The notes under the pieces: generated by a model
The model's database searches: none
Seen by the model: only the letters and a program-made list of their open reading frames with translations
What the model was told of the DNA's origin: nothing
Program-made: the position numbers and the translations under genes
NCBI GenBank assembly: GCA_965224085.1
Contig: CBDCYI010000005.1
Coordinates: 320,001 to 384,000 of the forward strand
Direction: 5' to 3'
DNA length: 64,000 bases
Source of the DNA: Candidatus Marinacidobacterales bacterium
GTDB lineage: Bacteria > Acidobacteriota > Vicinamibacteria > Marinacidobacterales > SMYC01
Part shown: piece after piece, positions 1 to 10,800 of the stretch
How positions within the stretch are numbered: the stretch's first letter is position 1
Layout of the letters: each line of letters starts with the position of its first letter

Positions 1-1555
1 GCGGCTTGCGACGCCGCGTCGCTTGCTCGTAGGCGTAGGCGAAGTTCAAGAGCATCGCTTCGGTAAACGGCCGCCCCAAAAACTCGAGGCCGACCGGCAG
101 CGCGTCCGTCGTAAATCCGGCCGGCACCGTCAACGCAGGAAACCCCGTCATGGGGCTCAGAGCCCGGTTGCTGCCTAAACCATACTTGTCTTCGGTCTCA
201 GGATTCGTGAGAGCGTCCGCGGCGATCACGCTTGGTTGGTGGTCGGATGTCGCGTAGACGAGTGCGTCGAGCCCGTGATCCGCCATCACCTTCATCACGC
301 CGAGCGTCAGCTCTTCCTTGGCCAACAAGACTGGCAAGTAGCCGGCGTCGCTCGTCGTCCTCCCAACCGCTTTGATCAGACTACTCGCTCGCCACGGCGT
401 GACTCTTCCCGACAAAAGGATCCCTTGAAGAGTCTTTACTGGGGAGTTTCCGTGCTCTTCCAGATAGGCATTCATCGCCTGCTCAGTCTCGAAGTTGCGT
501 TTCTTCAATCTTTCGAAGAGCTCTGCCATGTTCGGGATCACGACGGGGTCGATGACCTCGGAGCCCGACGAGCGCAAATCGAAAATGGCGGCATCCATCA
601 CCGCCCGGACCTTCTTATAGTCGTCAGTTTCGGGGTCGGTCTTGTCATCCATGGGCTCACGAATGACGCCGATGCGCGCCCCTTTCAGCCCGTCCTTACG
701 AAGACCGCTCGCGTACGAGTCGGGAACGTGTCCGACAGCATAGGCCGTCAGCGCGTCGTTTTCGTCGTAGCCCGCGAGGACGTCCAAGAGTGCAGCCGCG
801 TCGCTTACGGTACGCGTCATTGGACCCAAGGTGTCGGTGGCCGGCGTCGCCGGCATCATGCCGTGACGGCTCACGAGCGGGACGGTCGGCCTCAGACCGA
901 CGAGGCAGTTGATGGCTGCAGGGCCTCGAATGGAACCTCCGGTATCTTCTCCAATGCCGACCATGCCGAAGTTGGCCGCAATGCCGCTACCCGTGCCGCC
1001 CGAGGAGCCGCCCGGATTCCGGTCGGGGTCATAAGCGTTCCGGATCATGCCGAAGGCCGAACCGACATAGCGCGAAGCGAACTCGCCCATAGTGGTCTTG
1101 GCTAGGATGATGGCTCCGGCGCTTTTCATCTTCAGGACGATGGTCGCGTCTCTTTCCGGGACGAAGTCCTCGAAGAGCACGGAACCGTAGCTCGTCGGCA
1201 GATCACTCGTCTCGACTTGATCCTTGAGGAGCACCGGGATGCAGTGGAGGGGGCCAACGAAACCTGAAGACGCGAAGCTCGCGTCCAGCTCGTCGGCTAG
1301 CTCGAGCGCGTGCGGGTTGATCGTCTGGATGGTGTTCAAATTGGGACTTTTCTTGTCGTAGGCTTCGATGCGGTCCAAGTAACTTTGTACGAGATCGCGG
1401 CACTTCAAAGCACCCGCGGTCATGGCTGCGTGAACGTCATCGATGGTGGCCTCCTCGAGCTGGAACTGTCCCGATGGGCTCGACTGTGCGCCGGCGATAC
1501 CGAACGCCAGCAAGAACCACACTGCTGTGTGGGCTAACCACGATCTAAGTTTCAT
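1..1555 (-). CDS. Secreted amidase-signature family protein (3' end runs off the window)
   Basis: Manual translation from ATG 1555: MKLRSWLAHTAVWFLLAFGIAGAQ (signal peptide)...GPLHCIPVLLKD...PGGSSGGTGS...AYAYEQATRRRKP. RBS AAGGAG upstream. Absent from the ORF track because it is open at the edge. Confidence 0.9.
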   Translation of the reverse strand, partial: MKLRSWLAHTAVWFLLAFGIAGAQSSPSGQFQLEEATIDDVHAAMTAGALKCRDLVQSYLDRIEAYDKKSPNLNTIQTINPHALELADELDASFASSGFVGPLHCIPVLLKDQVETSDLPTSYGSVLFEDFVPERDATIVLKMKSAGAIILAKTTMGEFASRYVGSAFGMIRNAYDPDRNPGGSSGGTGSGIAANFGMVGIGEDTGGSIRGPAAINCLVGLRPTVPLVSRHGMMPATPATDTLGPMTRTVSDAAALLDVLAGYDENDALTAYAVGHVPDSYASGLRKDGLKGARIGVIREPMDDKTDPETDDYKKVRAVMDAAIFDLRSSGSEVIDPVVIPNMAELFERLKKRNFETEQAMNAYLEEHGNSPVKTLQGILLSGRVTPWRASSLIKAVGRTTSDAGYLPVLLAKEELTLGVMKVMADHGLDALVYATSDHQPSVIAADALTNPETEDKYGLGSNRALSPMTGFPALTVPAGFTTDALPVGLEFLGRPFTEAMLLNFAYAYEQATRRRKP

Positions 1556-1771
1556 ACGCCGCGCTCCTTGCGTCGAGATCGTATCAAAGCCAGGCGGTGC
1601 ACGTAATCTCGCCTCCGAAGGCCGAAGGACGCTGCGGTGCACATCCCTTCATTGGCTCTGTTTCGCGGGAAGAGTGGTTCCGATGGGGATATCTCCATGC
1701 CGACCACCACCTTCGCCAGTTCGGTCACTGAAGCTCGCCGGAGAAACAACTCCGACTCCTGGGAGGCGAGC

Positions 1772-2080
1772 ATGGGGGTGTGGTTTTCCCTCGCGGTCGT
1801 CGGACTCTGCCTCGCTCCGAGCGCGTCGCCCGGGCAAGCGAATCTCCCTGAGACCATCGGAGGTTGTAAGGGCGCGCCGCCACAGACGACGAAAACAGCC
1901 GACCCTTCGAACTATCTGGCGAAGCTCTCGACGCTCGCTCCCGGCGAGCAGCTGCTCCTCGATCCGGGAACCTATTCTCGCGAGCTTCTGGTCCACCGGC
2001 TCAAGGGAGGTTCCGCATCGCTCGCGCGGAATCCTACGACGAGCTCACGCATTTGGGGGCCCCCGCGGATCCGGTGGTAG
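1772..2080 (+). pseudogene. 5' stub of a secreted protein, possibly right-handed beta-helix (lyase-like)
   Basis: GGAGG RBS and signal peptide MGVWFSLAVVGLCLAPSA, then LSTLAPGEQLLLDPGTY, typical of beta-helix N-termini; the reading then degenerates. Confidence 0.45.
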
Positions 2081-2085
2081 TATTT

Positions 2086-2176
2086 GTTCGAGAAATACGC
2101 GATGGGTCACGAGTATACATGGGCAATGGCGCCCATCGAAACCGGGGATGACGGGAAAGGAACAGGTTCCATTAAA
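2086..2176 (+). pseudogene. Orphan 3' tip of an S9 peptidase paralog
   Basis: FEKYAMGHEYTWAMAPIETGDDGKGTGSIK aligns at DNA and protein level with FEKYAMGRDYTWERAPVETRDDEKGKGSIKP at the end of 24884-26998. Confidence 0.85.
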
Positions 2177-2178
2177 TC

Positions 2179-2305
2179 AACCCCCGGCTTAAGCCGGCTT
2201 AAGCCAGGGGATTGCGCGGGCGCGTCGACTGGAAGTCGACTTCATGCGCCCGCTTCATTCTCAACCCCCCGACTTCAGTCGGGAGTCTCGTCCCCTCTGG
2301 GGACT
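2179..2305. repeat. Cluster of short palindromes, REP/BIME-like
   Basis: CCGGCTTAAG tandem x2; GTCGACT-GGA-AGTCGAC inside GCGGGCGC...GCGCCCGC; CCCGACT-TC-AGTCGGG; GTCCCC-TCT-GGGGAC. Lies between convergent 3' ends. Confidence 0.55.
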
Positions 2306-2435
2306 TCGACAAATCTTCTCTTCGCCTAAAGGCGATACCGTCCTTGGGCATAAATGCCTTTGCAGAATGGCTGACCATAATCCAGAATCCAGGCTCCTGG
2401 CCTGGCTTAGGTCATCAAGCCCAAAAATATTCCTC

Positions 2436-3533
2436 TCAAGCGCCCCAAACTTTTTCCAAAACGCGAATCCAATTCTCTCCCATTGCCTTGCGAATTTCAC
2501 CGGTAGACCAGCCCCGCTTGATAAGACCCCGGACAACATTGGGCAGCTCAGCAATGCTTTCGAAACCCTTTACATAGGTCCGATAGTAGTTATATATTTC
2601 TGGCGACATCACCGCCGGATTAGCCCCCCTCCGGACCTTATCTGCATCCTCACTAATATTATCCGTGCCCAGTCCGACATGGTCTACTCCCACCAGCTTA
2701 CGGATGTAATCGAATTGATCGAGGTACGTATCCAACCCGACCTGAGGACTATTTTTTAGATGCGAATTTGTTGGGTTACGTGACATTAAAGAGCTCATCG
2801 TAGCGAGGCCAATGACTCCCCCGGTCTTAGCAATGGCCTCGATCACGCGGTCACTGTCATTACGTGGATTATTGTTGAGGGCGAGTACATTGGTATGAGT
2901 GTCAACCACAGGTATCTCAGGCGCCATTTCAATCGCATCCAGGGTTGTCTTCTCGCCGGTATGGCCTCCCACATCAAGCACGACCCGCAGCTTGTGGATC
3001 TCTTCCACCAGGCGTCGACCTGCACGAGTCAGGCCGACGTGAGCTTCAAGACATCCCCCGCCGTAGATATTGACGACGTTGTAGGCGATGCCACAAAGCC
3101 GCAACCCCTGCTCGTAGAACTCGGCCACGGGCGGACGAGGATCCCCCCGCGATCGATTATGCTCGGTGCCCAGGAAGTCAGCCGATTGCGGCCCATAAAT
3201 CTGAGCAATCTTGCCCTGCTTATAGGCTTGCTGGATTTCTCTCACAGTGGTTGCCAACACCATTTTATCGGGAAACGGTATCCTCCCTCCTCCTCCAACT
3301 CGGGTAGTCAACCCTACAGCCTTCAGCTTCTTTAGGTACGTCTCATTCATCGGTCCACCATTACATCCATCGGAAACTATGGTGGATCGAAGGATAGCCA
3401 TCGGATCACGACCAGGACTGCGATCCGACTCATCCAGCTGGAAAGACGCCATGGCCCACGGCTCGGCTGCTCGTACAAGCCCAGCTGTTGCCCCTACAAA
3501 AGCAACATTTCGTACAAAATCTCTTCTTTTCAT
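2436..3533 (-). CDS. Membrane dipeptidase (peptidase M19) family, Tat signal peptide
   Basis: MKRRDFVRN twin-arginine motif; GLTRAGRRLV, DVGGHTGE, DTHTN, AIAKTGGVIG, GVDHVGLGTD, MGENWIRV. Confidence 0.88.
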   Translation of the reverse strand: MKRRDFVRNVAFVGATAGLVRAAEPWAMASFQLDESDRSPGRDPMAILRSTIVSDGCNGGPMNETYLKKLKAVGLTTRVGGGGRIPFPDKMVLATTVREIQQAYKQGKIAQIYGPQSADFLGTEHNRSRGDPRPPVAEFYEQGLRLCGIAYNVVNIYGGGCLEAHVGLTRAGRRLVEEIHKLRVVLDVGGHTGEKTTLDAIEMAPEIPVVDTHTNVLALNNNPRNDSDRVIEAIAKTGGVIGLATMSSLMSRNPTNSHLKNSPQVGLDTYLDQFDYIRKLVGVDHVGLGTDNISEDADKVRRGANPAVMSPEIYNYYRTYVKGFESIAELPNVVRGLIKRGWSTGEIRKAMGENWIRVLEKVWGA

Positions 3534-3537
3534 GATT

Positions 3538-3754
3538 CCTCCTCAACGTCCGAAAGCTCACACAGAATCGGTAGTAGAGCCAGACGGCGTGGCTGATGAT
3601 CTCGGGCGCAAATCGATATCCGTGGTAGCTCGGCGTGTCACTTTTCATCGGCCTAGTTTGCCAGACACGGCCTGAACTTGACAGCAATGGCACCGCCCGC
3701 GTGGGCGGAGGTCATCGGGGAGTGACCGAAATCGTTCGTTCACTCGAAAGTACC
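3538..3754 (-). mobile_element. IS6-family left-end remnant with 5' transposase stub; IR interrupted by a mini-IS110
   Basis: ATG 3648 gives MKSDTPSYHGYRFAPEIISHAVWLYYRFCVSFR(DVEE after a 1-nt shift), an IS6 N-terminus. IR halves aacttgac-ag (3675-3684) and tacc (3751-3754) rejoin to GGTACTGTCAAGTT on the minus strand. Confidence 0.85.
3683..3750 (+). mobile_element. Miniature non-autonomous IS110 derivative (64 bp between AG cores)
   Basis: Starts CAATGGCACCGCCCGCGTGGGCGGAGGTCATCGGGGAGTGACC, versus CAATGGCATCGCCCGGGCGGGCGAAGGTAATCGGAGACTGACC at the left end of the full IS110. Ends CACTCGAAAG, versus CAGTCGAAAG. AG at 3683-84 and 3749-50. Confidence 0.85.
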
Positions 3755-4020
3755 TGTGCAGCTGTTCAGCCCCAACTACCTGCGCTTCGCTTCCGCACCA
3801 TCCAGCCGCCCGGTAGCGTTCACGTCACCGCGCGATTCGCATTCTAGCTTGCTGAAATCCCGGGCTCCTCCAAGGAGCAGGACGTGAAGGATGTTCTCGA
3901 AGAGGAGACATCGAGAGGTATTAGCCGGTGTTGCAACTAGCTTTCCCATGTAGTAGGAATGCTTGGTTGACCTATGCTTTTCGGTGAGTCGTCTTTGACT
4001 TAATCCAAGGGAGTGAGCAG

Positions 4021-7000
4021 ATGCCCATCATCGCAAAAGGCGCGACGGGCGCCACGGTGTTGGTTTTGCTTTCGGCGGCGCTCGCGGGCCAGCCGTCGCC
4101 AACGGCAGAAGAAGCGTGGGACGTGACCTTGGCTCGCGGCGAGACCCGAACCATCGACTTCACCACCGACGAAGGCACCTGGATGACGATCGATGTCTTC
4201 CCCGATGGCGAGCGGCTGGTCTTCGACCTCCTCGGCCACATTTATACTCTGCCGGTAAGCGGCGGCGAGGCCACCCTTTTGACCACGGACTCCGGCGTTG
4301 CCATCAACTTTCAGCCCGCCCTTTCCCCCGACGGAGGGCGCATCGCTTTCATCTCCGATCGAGGCGGGCAGAACAACCTCTGGGTCATGAATGCCGACGG
4401 CTCCAACGCGCGCGTGGTTGAGCAAAACCTCAAAGTGCGCCACTCCCTTCCCGCGTGGACTCCCGATGGCAACTTCATCGTCGCCCGGCGCGTTCCCCTG
4501 GAGCAGCGACAGCGACGAACACAGGAGCTCTGGCTCTATCACGTCGGGGGGGGAAAAGGTGTAAGGCTCACCGATGCCAAGAAGCATCCTAGCGCGAGCG
4601 GCCCTTCCGTGAGCGATGATGGCCGCTTCCTTGACTTCAGCGTCGAGATGCCCAACATCGAGGATCCGGCGAAGGGCAAAGTCCAGCTCCGCCGCCTCGA
4701 TCTGAAAACGGGTGAGGTGCTCAGAATCACTGAGGGAACCGAGCGCGGAGCCGGGGGCTCCGCCCGCACCTCGAGCGGGGGAGGGTTTACCCCGCGGGTC
4801 TCCCCCGACGGCCGCTACCTGGCATTCGGGCGGAGGCTCGCTTCCGGAACGTTTTCTTTCAAGGGGCACCAGCTCGGGCCGCGCACGGCGCTCTGGATCC
4901 GGGATCTCGAGACCGGTTCCGAAACCCTCGCACTGGACCCGGTGGAGCGCGACCTGCAGCAGCGCAGCCGGGACTGGTCCGGCTATCTGCCCGGTTACTC
5001 CTGGGATCCGACGGGTCGTTTCGTCTACGTGGCGCAAGGAGGCAAGATCCGTAAAGTGGATGTGGAGAGCCGCGAGGTCGAGACAATTCCGTTTCGGGCG
5101 CGGGTGGCGCGAACGATTTCGGAAATGGCCTACCGGCGCTTCCGTATCGACGATGCCGCTCCGCTGAAGATCCGGTTCACCCGTTGGCCCGCCCTCGCTC
5201 CGGACGGAAGCGCGTTGGCTTTTCAGGCGGTAGGCAGGATCTGGCACCAGGAGCTTCCCGATGGCTCTCCCCGCCGCCTTACCTCAACTTCCTTCTCGCC
5301 ACATGAGTACGCCCCCGCATGGTCTCCCGACGGCGAGTGGCTCGCCTTCACGAGCTGGTCCGACGAGGAGCGTGGTCATCTCTTCAAGGTGGGCGCCCGC
5401 GGGGGAGAGCCAGTACGACTGACCGTCGTCGCCGGGGAGTACCTTCATCCCGTCTGGACACCGGATGGCACCGGCATCGTCGTGGTGCGGAGCTCGGGTG
5501 CGACCCTCAGGGGGCGCATGCTGAACGAGAACGCCTGGTACGACTTGGTGCTCGTGCCCGCCGATGGCGGGGAGCCGCGGCACGTGGTGACGGTGAACCC
5601 TCCGATGGGTCGCATCAGCCACCGCCGCCACGTAGTGCAGCCTTCCTTCGGTCCCGAAGGCCGGTTGTATTATCCGGAAATGATCCTTGCGGAAGGCGAG
5701 GATGGCGATGCGCGAACCGAGCTTCGGTCGGTTCGGCTCGATGGCCTCGACAAAAGAACTCACTTGACGCTGCCGTTCGCGGACGAAGCCGTCCTCTCCC
5801 CCGACGGAAACTGGTTGGCCTTCGAAGAGGGTGACAACGTCTACTTGAACGCCGTTCCCACGAACGGTATCGGTGGCACACCCCTCGAGCTGGAGCGTGA
5901 GGAAAAGCCCGTCTGGGCCATCACTCCCCTTTCGCACGAGGGTGGGAATTTCCCGCGATGGGTCGGAGCCACCACGCTCGTCTTCGGAAGCGCGGACAAG
6001 GCCTTCGCCTATGACGTCGACACCAAGCAAACGAAGACCTACGACATCGACCTCGAGCTGCCCCGCGATCGACCGATGGGCACTCTTGCTCTCACCGGGG
6101 CGCGCGTCATCACCATGGAGGGGAACGAGGTCCTCGAGGAGGCGGACCTCGTGGTGAAAGATGGTCGCATTGCAGCCTTGGGGCCGTCCGGCTCGGTGGC
6201 CGTCCCCCCTGCTGCCCGGAGAGTGAGCGTCCAGGGCAAGAGCATCATTCCCGGGCTGGTGGACCTCCACACCCACAATCACCGGAGGCCGAACGGCCTT
6301 TTGCCTCAGCGCGATTTCGAGATGGCTGCCGTGCTTGCCTACGGCGTCACAACGTCGCTGGACAATTCCATGTGGTCGCAAAACGTTTTCCCTCAGGCGG
6401 AGATGGTGGAAGCGGGCGAGCTCGTCGGGTCTCGCACGTTCAGTACGGGAGATCCCCTTTATGCGGGTGATCACGCGCGCCAGAACGAGCTCAAAGGCTC
6501 CGAACAAACTCACGAGGAGGTGAGGCGGCTCAAATCCTATGGCGCGGTGTCGTTGAAACAGTACCAGCAGCCCGAGAGGAGGCAGCGACAGTGGATCACC
6601 GAGGCGGCGCGTCGGGAAGGCCTGATGGTGACCGCCGAGGGCGGTGATTTCCTCTACGTCCTCACGATGATCATGGACGGTCAAACCGGCTGGGAGCATC
6701 CCATTCCGCAAGTACCGGTTTACCAAGACCTGGCCGAGTTCCTCGGCAGGGCCAACGCCTACTATTCGCCGACTCTCGTGGTCGCGGGACCCGGACCCTG
6801 GAACGATCAATACTTCACCCAGGAGGTGGCTCTCTGGAAAGATGCGAAGCTTCGCCGGTTCGCACCCTGGAGAAAGCTCGAAGCGCACACACGCCGCCGA
6901 GAGCTTCGGCCGAAGACGGATTACACCTACCCGCTACTTGCGCAGTCGGTGGCCGATATTGTTGCCGCCGGCGGATTCGGCGCGATCGGCTCCCACGGCC

Positions 7001-7341
7001 AACAGCACGGCATCGCTTCTCACTGGGAAATCTGGATGCTGGCGGAAGCGATGAAGCCCCTCGAGGCGCTTCGGGTGGCCACCATCCATGGAGCCATGAT
7101 GATCGGTGTCCAAGAGGACATTGGCTCCTTGAAGCCGGGCAAGCTCGCCGATCTCCTGGTGCTCAACGGAAATCCCCTCGAGGACATCCGCGAGACCGCC
7201 AATATCCAGTACGTCGTGAAAGGCGGTCGTCTCTATGACGGTGACACCTTGGATGAGATCTGGCCCCGCCAGAGGGAGTTCGGTCGCTTCTTCTGGGAAA
7301 TGGAGGAAGCACGTCCGGACGATGTCAAAGTGATCAAGTAA
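4021..7341 (+). CDS. Secreted amidohydrolase with N-terminal TolB/PD40 beta-propellers
   Basis: Signal peptide, repeated SPDG/PAWSPDG motifs, IIPGLVDLHTH, GSHGQQHG, GSLKPGKLADL; 1106 aa. Confidence 0.92.
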   Translation: MPIIAKGATGATVLVLLSAALAGQPSPTAEEAWDVTLARGETRTIDFTTDEGTWMTIDVFPDGERLVFDLLGHIYTLPVSGGEATLLTTDSGVAINFQPALSPDGGRIAFISDRGGQNNLWVMNADGSNARVVEQNLKVRHSLPAWTPDGNFIVARRVPLEQRQRRTQELWLYHVGGGKGVRLTDAKKHPSASGPSVSDDGRFLDFSVEMPNIEDPAKGKVQLRRLDLKTGEVLRITEGTERGAGGSARTSSGGGFTPRVSPDGRYLAFGRRLASGTFSFKGHQLGPRTALWIRDLETGSETLALDPVERDLQQRSRDWSGYLPGYSWDPTGRFVYVAQGGKIRKVDVESREVETIPFRARVARTISEMAYRRFRIDDAAPLKIRFTRWPALAPDGSALAFQAVGRIWHQELPDGSPRRLTSTSFSPHEYAPAWSPDGEWLAFTSWSDEERGHLFKVGARGGEPVRLTVVAGEYLHPVWTPDGTGIVVVRSSGATLRGRMLNENAWYDLVLVPADGGEPRHVVTVNPPMGRISHRRHVVQPSFGPEGRLYYPEMILAEGEDGDARTELRSVRLDGLDKRTHLTLPFADEAVLSPDGNWLAFEEGDNVYLNAVPTNGIGGTPLELEREEKPVWAITPLSHEGGNFPRWVGATTLVFGSADKAFAYDVDTKQTKTYDIDLELPRDRPMGTLALTGARVITMEGNEVLEEADLVVKDGRIAALGPSGSVAVPPAARRVSVQGKSIIPGLVDLHTHNHRRPNGLLPQRDFEMAAVLAYGVTTSLDNSMWSQNVFPQAEMVEAGELVGSRTFSTGDPLYAGDHARQNELKGSEQTHEEVRRLKSYGAVSLKQYQQPERRQRQWITEAARREGLMVTAEGGDFLYVLTMIMDGQTGWEHPIPQVPVYQDLAEFLGRANAYYSPTLVVAGPGPWNDQYFTQEVALWKDAKLRRFAPWRKLEAHTRRRELRPKTDYTYPLLAQSVADIVAAGGFGAIGSHGQQHGIASHWEIWMLAEAMKPLEALRVATIHGAMMIGVQEDIGSLKPGKLADLLVLNGNPLEDIRETANIQYVVKGGRLYDGDTLDEIWPRQREFGRFFWEMEEARPDDVKVIK

Positions 7342-7360
7342 TCGCCAAAGGGAGGTCGTC

Positions 7361-7637
7361 ATGAGACGTCTTTTATTGATTCTCGCACGGATCGTTTTCC
7401 CGGTCATGGCAACGGCGCAGACGCGTCCCATGACCTACGAGGACATCCTCGGTGTCAAGCGCCCCGCCGACCCGCAAAATCTCCCCCGACGGATCCCGCA
7501 TGGCCTTCGTGGTGAGTGAGCGGGACCAGAAGGAGGACGTCTACAACGAGGACCTGTAGGTGGTCGCCGCTCCGGAAGGGAATCTGGTGAGGCTGACCTA
7601 TGCGCAGAAGAGAGATCACTATCCGAGGTGGAGCCCG
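7361..7637 (+). pseudogene. 5' stub of an S9 peptidase
   Basis: GGAGG RBS; MRRLLLILARIVFPVMATAQTRPMTYEDIL...DPQ, frameshift in AAAA 7476-79, ISPDGSRMAFVV, in-frame TAG 7557-59, RLTY...PRWSP, then truncated. Confidence 0.8.
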
Positions 7638-7827
7638 GTGGGAGACACTCCTCAACCGCCTTGCCCTGTTTGCTCGAGTTCTGCTACGCTCACCCGGACT
7701 CAATCGGAGTGCACCGTCCCATCCCAGTGGGGAAATTTCGTGCGGACCGGGGCCGGACACGTTTGAATTTTCCTAATCCTAGTTTCGCCAGAAGGACACT
7801 AGCAAGCCTCCGCGTCGAACCGGCGAT

Positions 7828-10800
7828 GCAAGGCTCACCAAGCCTGCTTATCTCTGTAAACAAACGTCTGGAGGAAGGCATGAGAGGTGCAAGAGTATTT
7901 TTCTGGCGCTTGAACCTGGCTCTAGTGGTGACGGTCGGCCTGCTATGCAGCCCGAACCGGGCTCAGGCACAGCTCGTTGATGAAACTATTCTCGACAACC
8001 TTTTGTTGCGCTCCATCGGCCCCGCCGTCATGGGCGGACGCATCCATGACCTGGCCGTGGTGGAAGATCGTCCCTGGATCTTCTACATCGGTTCGGCTTC
8101 GGGAGGACTTTGGAAGACCACCAACAACGGAACCACCTGGGATCCAGTCTTTGACGATCAGGGGACTTCCTCGATCGGCGACCTCGCTCTCGCGCCTTCC
8201 GATCCCGAGATTGTCTGGGTGGGTACTGGAGAGCCCAATAACCGGCAAAGCTCGAGTTTCGGCGACGGGGTCTATAAGTCGACGGATGGCGGGAAGACCT
8301 GGAAGCACGTCGGCCTGCGCGACACCCATCACGTCGGACGCATCGTGATCCATCCCCAGGATCCCGACACCGTTTACGTCGCCGCTCTGGGACACCTGTG
8401 GGGACCCAACGAGGAGCGGGGCCTTTTCAAGACGACTGACGGGGGAAACACCTGGGAAAAGATCTTATATATCGATGAAGACACCGGAGTCGTCAACGTA
8501 GCCATGGACCCGGTGAATCCCCGGATTCTCTACGCCGCCGCGTACCAGCGACGGAGGACACCCTGGGGATTCAGTGGAGGGGGGCCGGGAAGCGGCCTCT
8601 ACAAGAGCTCCGACGGCGGGAAGACATGGAAGAAGTTGACCGAGGGCATTCCTGATGGCCCGACAGGCAGAATCGGTATCGATGTCTATCGCAGCGATCC
8701 CCGAATCCTCTATGCGCTGATAGAAAACCGTGAGGGAGGGGTTTTCCGATCGGAGGACCGGGGCGAAAGCTGGAAGAGGGTCAATGAGCTCAACCCCAGG
8801 CCCATGTACTACAGCCAGATATGGATTGATCCGAGCGACTCCCGGCACGTTTACGTGCTGGGCGGGCCCTTTTATGTTTCCGACGACGGCGGGAGGACGT
8901 TCGAGCAAAACACTGCCATGACGCCCACGTTCGATGTGGGAGTGCACGGCGACCACCATGTGCTGTGGATCGACCCCGCCAACGGCAAGCATCTTATCCT
9001 GGGGAGTGACGGCGGTCTCTACTTCTCCTGGGACAGGAGCCGCACCTGGGACAAGGTAAACAATTTGCCCATAGCCCAGTTCTACGCAGTGGGCGTCGAC
9101 ATGCAGAAGCCTTACTTCATCTACGGCGGTGCTCAAGACACTCACTCCTGGGGAGGGCCGAGTGCTACCCGGCACCACATTGGAATCATTAACTCCGACT
9201 GGGTTCAGATTGGCCCTGGCGACGGCATGTACCAGCAGGTAGACCCCGCCGATCCTAATATCATCTACACCGAGTCACAGGGAGGAGACATCGTTCGCCT
9301 CAACCATAAGACCGGGGATCGGAAAGACATCAAACCGCACCCCGGGGACGGCGAGTCGGAGTATCGGTTTCACTGGACTTCCCCCATCCTCATTTCCCCT
9401 CATGACCCGAAGACCGTCTATCTGGGCGGAAATCGGCTCTTCATCTCGAAGGACCGGGGAGAAACTTGGACGGCCACGGAGGATTTAACCCGGGCAGAGG
9501 AACGAGACAAGCTTCCCATCATGGGGGTAGTTCCCGACGAGACCACGCTCTCGCGGCATGACGGGGTGGCGGCCTGGGGTACCATCACCACCGTGGCCGA
9601 GTCTCCGCTGACTCCCGGCTTACTTTACGTGGGCACTGATGATGGCATTGTCCATGTGTCGCGGGATGGGGGTCGAACCTGGACTAGCCTGCAGGATAGG
9701 TTCGCCGGCGTGAATGAAGAAAGAGCTACGGTGAGCCGCGTCGTAGCCTCGCATGCCGAGCCGGGTAGAGGCTACGTCACATTCGACCGTCACCAGCTGG
9801 ATGACTTCTCCCCTTATGTCTTTACCACCGACGACTACGGGAACACCTGGAAGTCCATTGCCGGAAATCTGCCTCGGGTAGGTTGGGTTAATGTTCTCGC
9901 CGAGCATCCTCGAAACCCCAATCTTCTCTTCGTCGGTACGGAGACGGGGCTCTTCGTATCGCTGGATCGGGGCAACCGGTGGATTCGGCTTACAGGTAAC
10001 TTCCCGACCGTCCCGGTAGATGATCTCGTGATTCATCCCCGGGACAACGACCTCGTGGTGGGCACTCACGGCCGTTCCATCTACATCCTGGACGACCTCG
10101 CGCCGCTCGAACAGCTGAGTGAAGAGGTGCTGGCTTCGGAGGTCCACTTGTTTGACATCCGCCCAGCCATGGAGTTCGTGCTCGTCAAGCATGAAAGCTA
10201 CGGGGCCCAGCGGCAGTTCATCGGGGCAAACCCGCCTTTCGGCGCAGTCATCTCTTACTACCTGAAGTCGGAACCAGCGGGAGACGTCGAGCTTTCCATT
10301 GTCGACAGGAGCGGAAAGGCCCTTCGTGAGATCTCCGGGACAAAGCACTCGGGGGTAAATCGGGTGAGCTGGGACCTACGCCTTGCTGCTCCTGAAGGCG
10401 TTGACCAGGCGGTTGGCCCCCTTGTCCCCCCGGGACGCTACACGGTTCGGCTTAAGTTAGGTAAAAAGGAGCTGGCCAAACCGCTCGAGGTGGAGGCTGA
10501 CCCACTCTTTCCGGTCCCGGAGGAAGAGCAGGTTGCGCGCTACGAATTCCTCGTCACCGTGAACGGCTTACGCCAGACGATCCAGGAGGCCATCGATTCG
10601 ACAGAGGCAATTTCAGAACAGGTCCAAAGCCTTCTCGAGGGCACGCAGGGAGATCCTGAGGCACCGGAGGCTGTGATTTCGGCGGCTCGAACCATTGCCG
10701 AGGAATCGGAAAAGATCCGGCGCGCACTGGCGGGCGATGGTGTAGCACCGTTCTTCGCTGGACAGAGCCTGCGCTCGCGAGCAAACCGGCTCTTCACAAA

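Noticed and set aside
7640-7803. Possible IS630-like end (GGACACTAG) with degraded N-terminus
   Set aside because: No partner end and no convincing translation.
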